This document shows positions 59,372 through 64,000 of a DNA stretch of 64,000 nucleotides, piece by piece. Position 1 is the first letter of the stretch; each line of letters starts with the position of its first letter. Source of the stretch: Deltaproteobacteria bacterium (lineage in GTDB: Bacteria; Myxococcota_A; Polyangia; Fen-1088); the NCBI GenBank assembly GCA_033763315.1, contig JANRKS010000034.1:96001-160000 (forward strand), written 5' to 3'. The notes beneath the pieces are model-generated. The model was given only the letters and a program-made list of their open reading frames with translations. It was not told where the DNA came from and searched no databases. Made by a program: the position numbers and the translations under genes.

Positions 59372-62289
59372 AAGGGGAACGCCATCACCACGTACACGTG
59401 GCTTTGGCCTCCCGCAGACAATCCGCGCGCCCACCCCGCCATGACTGTGCTTTCGGTGTGAAAGCCAAACTTCAAGTCGAGACGCAACTCAAGACCGGTG
59501 CCGAGTTTTAGGTCCTCAAACAGCTGTTTCGCTGCGCTGGCGTTGCCCAGATCCATGAATGCAGCGCCATGGAGGCGGCGAAGGTAAATCGGAAACACGC
59601 CCAGGCCGCGCTCGATCCACACCAGCGGCGCCCGGTATTCCGCTGACCCGCGCACGTAAGCCTGGCCCACCAAACTGCCCGCGCCGTAGCCCCGGAGAAA
59701 CTCACAGCATTGAGGGTTGTTTTGGTAAAGCGATCGCAGCAGCGTTTGTGATTCATAACCACCTAAGGCGAACGCGCCGGCGCCGTCCCCTTGGCTCAAT
59801 CCTCCAGAAGCCGCGACAGCCCACGTATGCAAGCGCGCCCACGGCCACGTGCCGTACTCCGTCCACGTGGCGCTGGTGGTGTTGACGCCGCGTTGAAGTG
59901 GGCCCGCGTGCTGCTCGTGTTGTAACGCCAGCGCCAGTTTTCGCCCGCTCTGCGGGGCGATGGAGCGCGTGTATGAAAGTGCGTTGTCGAAAGACGCCGT
60001 GATGTAAGCCGCCAGGGACGCGTTGGTATCGACCACCGAGGGTGGCGCTGCCCCATCCGTCGCGGCGTCGCGCCAGGCCATGCCAGCGGTTACATGGGCT
60101 CGCGAGGCGGGCGCTCGGTGAAGCGGCAACGTGCTGCTCAAAGACGCGCTCGTGCCATAGACTTTATAATCGTGCCCGGGGATGCCAACCACGGGATTGC
60201 CTTGCACCGTGTGGCCTTGCACCCAACGGGTGCCTGACAAGGCGATGGTGGGAAACCAACCCAGCCACGTGTAGCCAAGACGGATGGAGGTGTCAGCGGG
60301 CGCGGCGGCTGTGTCTACACGTGCACCAAGCTCATGCAGAAACAACGGATCGGACGCGGTGGTTTCTATGCCAACGCTTGGCCCCAACCCTAAGGCATCC
60401 GATCGGGCGCTCACGGTCCATGTTCGCGGGTATAGATGTGGCCAGCCTTGATAGGGCTCATTGTGCATCACAAGGTTCACCGATGTTTCTTGCGATGACG
60501 TTTGCAGGGGCTGTGACAACACGACTGGAGAAGCCACACGCCACGCGGTGTGATCGAAGGGCATTTGAAACAGGTCGAAGCCGCTGGCTGTAAAACCCGT
60601 ATAGATCACAGTGTGGCCATCGGGTGAGACCACAGGTGCGAAGGCGCCGGCAAAAACATCGGTCACTTGCCACAGGCGCGCCGTTCTCAAGTCGAGTGCA
60701 TAGATGTTGTAGGTACCGTCGCGGTCTGAGCTGAACACGAGATGGCGCCCGTCTGGGGAGAAGCGCAGGCCACTCAGCAAGGCCGCCTCATCATGCACGC
60801 AACCCGCTTGTCTGGTATTGAGGTCCATCACGTGGATACAGCGGCGGCGCCCGGGGGCCGCCGTCACGAACGCCACAACGTCGCCGGCGGGTGACCATGT
60901 GGGGCTGTAAGCGAGGCCCTGAACGCTGCTCCAGACCACTTCGGGGGCGCCGCCTTTGATCGGCACCATCACCAGTTGCCGTCGTCCGTCGGCGATTTGC
61001 ACGGCGATGATGCGTTCACCATCGGGAGACACGTCAGGTTCGCTTAGCCGCGCGTTGTGTGTCAGCCGCTGTGTTTCGCCCGTGCGCAGGGACAGCGCAA
61101 ACAGATCGTGCCCATCGGCAAAGGCATCCCCCAGCACCCGATGTCGCAGCGGCCGGAACGTCTGCTGCTCGTAGATCAACCGCGGGTTGTCATGGCTGTC
61201 CGTGACGGTGGCCATGCCTGCACCACGCATGCGCGCCAACTCGTGCTGTGAAAGCGTCCGAAGGTTCATTTCCACGAAGGCTTGTTGGCTGGTGCTGGCG
61301 TTGCGTTGAAACAACACCCGCTCGGACGAGCTTGGAAAAAAACGCGATACGAGGTTCGCAGTGGATCCTTCGCCCGTGAACGTCAGCCTGTGGCCCTCAA
61401 TCCTGTGATTGCCCAGCTTTTGCCGTTGCAGCTTCACCTGCGATTGCAGATCGCTTTGCCATTGCGCAAACAGATCTTCCAACGGCTCGCCGAATGATTC
61501 TTGAGCCAACCGATCGAAGCCCAATGGCAACACGAATTCGCCGAACCGGTGAGCGAGGCGTGCCACCTTCGCCATGCCAAAACGGTCTGCGAGGTATTGC
61601 ACGAAGCCCGCGCCATAGATGTAACGAGCGCTTGCGAAGGGAAACACAAGTGGATCGTGGGATAACTGGTCCAAACGCAGCAGCGCCCCCTCGGCCGCAG
61701 CGGTCCGCAGCATCATGGCGAACAGGCTGCTGTGAACGCGGCCCGCGCCCGTGACGGCAGATTCGTGTGCCACCGCGAGCCCCTCATTGAACCAAGCTGG
61801 CAGGCTTGCGTTGGGCGCCATGCGTTTGCCTTGCAGCACGTTGAACGCACGCGGAAGGCCATAAACAATATCTAGGTGCACCACGTGGGTGACCTCATGT
61901 GCCACCAAAAGCCCGAGCCAATCGTCGAAGTTCTGCAGCGATGAAAACGCGGGCGGCGGTGCGGCGAAGGCCACAACCGCATTGCGAGGCGTGACGGTGG
62001 CGTACCCGTTGGCGTCGTCCGTGGTATCGGCGATCGTGAGATCCATGCGACCACTTGGCTGCCAGCGTAAGCTCGAAACGAGCTGTGGCAGCGCCGATTC
62101 GGCTGCCCGCGCCGCGCGTGTGGCCAATGCATTGAGGCGGCGCTGGTGATGGATCCGGAAGTGGGGGGTGACAAGCGTCTCCCACGCCTCATCTGCCTCA
62201 CCTGCCGCGGCCGCCTGGCTGAACGCCGCGAGCCAAACCAGAGTTAACGCGCGCCAAGCAGGCAGTCGAGGGCCTCTCCCGAATCCCAC
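59368..62289 (-). CDS. Gluzincin-like peptidase + PD40/TolB beta-propeller + Omp85/BamA-type barrel fusion
   Basis: W.TL.TPHFRIH, HEVTH + WFNEGLA; PD40 repeats (PDVSPDG, PTWSP, FSPDG..LVFSSDRDG); barrel LRGY, EYR.P, F.DLG, G.ELR; terminal F. Confidence 0.85.
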   Translation of the reverse strand: MGFGRGPRLPAWRALTLVWLAAFSQAAAAGEADEAWETLVTPHFRIHHQRRLNALATRAARAAESALPQLVSSLRWQPSGRMDLTIADTTDDANGYATVTPRNAVVAFAAPPPAFSSLQNFDDWLGLLVAHEVTHVVHLDIVYGLPRAFNVLQGKRMAPNASLPAWFNEGLAVAHESAVTGAGRVHSSLFAMMLRTAAAEGALLRLDQLSHDPLVFPFASARYIYGAGFVQYLADRFGMAKVARLAHRFGEFVLPLGFDRLAQESFGEPLEDLFAQWQSDLQSQVKLQRQKLGNHRIEGHRLTFTGEGSTANLVSRFFPSSSERVLFQRNASTSQQAFVEMNLRTLSQHELARMRGAGMATVTDSHDNPRLIYEQQTFRPLRHRVLGDAFADGHDLFALSLRTGETQRLTHNARLSEPDVSPDGERIIAVQIADGRRQLVMVPIKGGAPEVVWSSVQGLAYSPTWSPAGDVVAFVTAAPGRRRCIHVMDLNTRQAGCVHDEAALLSGLRFSPDGRHLVFSSDRDGTYNIYALDLRTARLWQVTDVFAGAFAPVVSPDGHTVIYTGFTASGFDLFQMPFDHTAWRVASPVVLSQPLQTSSQETSVNLVMHNEPYQGWPHLYPRTWTVSARSDALGLGPSVGIETTASDPLFLHELGARVDTAAAPADTSIRLGYTWLGWFPTIALSGTRWVQGHTVQGNPVVGIPGHDYKVYGTSASLSSTLPLHRAPASRAHVTAGMAWRDAATDGAAPPSVVDTNASLAAYITASFDNALSYTRSIAPQSGRKLALALQHEQHAGPLQRGVNTTSATWTEYGTWPWARLHTWAVAASGGLSQGDGAGAFALGGYESQTLLRSLYQNNPQCCEFLRGYGAGSLVGQAYVRGSAEYRAPLVWIERGLGVFPIYLRRLHGAAFMDLGNASAAKQLFEDLKLGTGLELRLDLKFGFHTESTVMAGWARGLSAGGQSHVYVVMAFPF

Positions 62290-62864
62290 TTCCGTTTATT
62301 GATGAAGTAATGCTTAAGCTTGCCCTGGGCATCGATGAGGAAGGTTTCCGGATACTTCTCAGTGCCGAACTTCTTGGGCACTTCTTTGCTCTCATCCCAA
62401 ACCACCGACAGTGGCGTGCCTTTGGGAAAAAAGCGCCGCACGGTGGCCCACTCATCATCCACACTCACGGCCAACACCACAGCGTCTTTGCCAAGCTGTG
62501 ACGCCAACGCTTCCAGTGAGGGCATTTCTTCCACACATGGCGCGCACCATGTGGCCCAGAAATTCAGCAACACCGGCCGGCCCTTGAGATCTGCCAGCGA
62601 CCACAATTTGCCGTTGGCGTCGGGTAGTTTGAAATCGGGCAAAGCCCCATTGGCCAACGCGGCTGGAAGGGGCGCAGGCGACAGCGCGCGACACGCGTTC
62701 TCGCGGGTAAATGCGATGGTGTCGTGCGCCGATAGGAAGAACCGCACGGTGATCCACCCCATCAAAACAGCCACCGCCGCCGCGGCAACGAGCCGCTTGC
62801 CGGCAAGCGGACCGGCGGACGTGGCTTTGGGATCAGCGGGCTTGGTCTTCGACGAGGTGGTCAT
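62244..62864 (-). CDS. TlpA family membrane-anchored thiol-disulfide reductase
   Basis: TM, PDFKL, LLNFWATWCAPCVEEMP.L, PETFLID. Confidence 0.92.
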   Translation of the reverse strand: MTTSSKTKPADPKATSAGPLAGKRLVAAAAVAVLMGWITVRFFLSAHDTIAFTRENACRALSPAPLPAALANGALPDFKLPDANGKLWSLADLKGRPVLLNFWATWCAPCVEEMPSLEALASQLGKDAVVLAVSVDDEWATVRRFFPKGTPLSVVWDESKEVPKKFGTEKYPETFLIDAQGKLKHYFINKRKWDSGEALDCLLGAR

Positions 62865-62892
62865 GCGAATGCCCAAGCAGTCTGACACAGCC

Positions 62893-62925
62893 AAAAGAAA
62901 AAGGGGCCGCGTTTGCGACCCCTTG
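62893..62925 (-). terminator. Rho-independent terminator after dsbA-like gene
   Basis: Minus strand AGGGGTCGC-aaac-GCGGCCCCT-TTTTCTTTT. Confidence 0.7.
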
Positions 62926-62958
62926 CCCTGCAACGGCGCTAGCCGTTAGCCTGCAACG

Positions 62959-64000
62959 TTAGCCCTTCTTCTTGGCCAACTCTTGGTCGACGATCTTCTT
63001 GAACGTTTCAAGCGGATAGGCGCCACCGATCTTGCGGCCGTTGATGAAGGTGGCTGGGGTGCCATTGACACCCACAGATTGACCCAACTTCATGTCTTCC
63101 TCGATCAAGGCGGTGTATTTGTTCGCGTCCATCGCTTGCTTAAACTTGTCCATGTTCAAGCCGATTTCCTGCGCGAACTTGTCCAGGCTGGCGCGGTCCA
63201 GGGTCTGCTGGTTTGCAAACAGCTTATCGTGCATCTCCCAGAACTTGCCCTGCTCGTTCGCGGCCAAAGCGGCTTGTGCGGCGGGCTTTGCGTTTTGGTG
63301 GAAGTCCAAGGGGAAGTTCTTGAACACAACGCGAACTTTGCCTTTGTATTGCTCCTCGATTGCGTGAATCGTGGGGTTTACGCGGCTGCAGAACGGGCAT
63401 TGGAACTCGCTGAACACCACCATGGTGATCGGCGCGTTCTTCGGGCCACGCGAAGGCGAGTTACCTGGATCGATCTTCGTCACGGTTTGATCGTTCTCAG
63501 GGCCAGCCGCTTCGTTGTTCGCTGCGGCAGGCGCGGGGGCCGGAGCCGAAGCCGCTTCCTTCATGATCGCCTCGTAGACTTTGCTCTTGGGCGTGCCCTT
63601 CTTGACCAGCTCTTCGGCCTTCTTCAACTCCTCGTCGATGCGGCTCTTAAACGCCGTGTAAGGTTGGGCGCCCGACAGCAAAATGCCGTTGATGAAGAAA
63701 GCAGGCGTGCCATTGGCGCCAATCTTTGCCGCCAAAGCCGCGCCCTCTTCCACGATCTGCTTCACCTTCTCCGATTGTTGAGCGGCCTTGAACTTCGACA
63801 CGTTCAAGCCCAGCTCTTGGGCGTATTTGTCAAAGTCTTCCGGCGACAAAGCCTGTTGATTTGCAAACAGCTTGTCGTGCATTTGCCAGAACTTGCCTTG
63901 CTCGCCCGCAGCGTGGGCGGCCAAAGCGGCAGGCTTGGCGTTCTGGTGGAAGGGCAGCGGCAGGTCTTTCCAAGCGAAGCGAACCTTGCCTTTGTACTCA
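62959..64000 (-). CDS. Multi-domain DsbA/thioredoxin-fold oxidoreductase (5' end outside window)
   Basis: SEFQCPFC; two copies of (L/F)PL.FHQNAKPAA..EQGKFW.MHDKLFANQ..GTP.F.ING; frame is open to the window edge. Confidence 0.92.
   Translation of the reverse strand, partial: EYKGKVRFAWKDLPLPFHQNAKPAALAAHAAGEQGKFWQMHDKLFANQQALSPEDFDKYAQELGLNVSKFKAAQQSEKVKQIVEEGAALAAKIGANGTPAFFINGILLSGAQPYTAFKSRIDEELKKAEELVKKGTPKSKVYEAIMKEAASAPAPAPAAANNEAAGPENDQTVTKIDPGNSPSRGPKNAPITMVVFSEFQCPFCSRVNPTIHAIEEQYKGKVRVVFKNFPLDFHQNAKPAAQAALAANEQGKFWEMHDKLFANQQTLDRASLDKFAQEIGLNMDKFKQAMDANKYTALIEEDMKLGQSVGVNGTPATFINGRKIGGAYPLETFKKIVDQELAKKKG

Noticed and set aside
1-64000. CRISPR arrays, tRNA/rRNA, IS or prophage genes; numerous short overlapping ORFs in the track
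   Set aside because: No regularly spaced repeats, cloverleafs, transposase or phage motifs seen by eye; short ORFs are high-GC shadow frames of the annotated genes.

Overview
GC-rich chromosomal segment that is almost certainly from a myxobacterium (Myxococcota). Support comes from a MYXO-CTERM-tailed protein, a myxobacterial-type single-domain PilZ protein, a TIGR04552-type protein, an FHA hybrid kinase, eukaryotic-like Ser/Thr kinases and Uma2 paralogs. There are about 50 genes, mostly housekeeping, metabolic and signalling: holB, pspA, thrB, an RND/MFP/TolC pump, mqnD, tdh-kbl, asnS, alaC, rplM-rpsI, kdgK-eda, lhr, rlmI, yhhQ and tlpA/dsbA. I saw no tRNA, rRNA, CRISPR array, transposase or integrase. 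Most notable: (i) the TIGR04552-type protein carries recognisable RelA/SpoT synthetase motifs and lies upstream of a pseudokinase-kinase-TM-TPR receptor; (ii) an orphan sigma28-type + SctJ pair; (iii) an accessory patch (~13.1-18.6 kb) bracketed by an intact and a deleted Uma2 gene, carrying a CHAP amidase/lipoprotein pair that looks like toxin-immunity; (iv) many genes with a -10 box 6-7 nt before the start codon (leaderless architecture); (v) a metallopeptidase-propeller-Omp85 fusion downstream of dsbA-tlpA. All calls come from motif recognition by eye; no searches were run.
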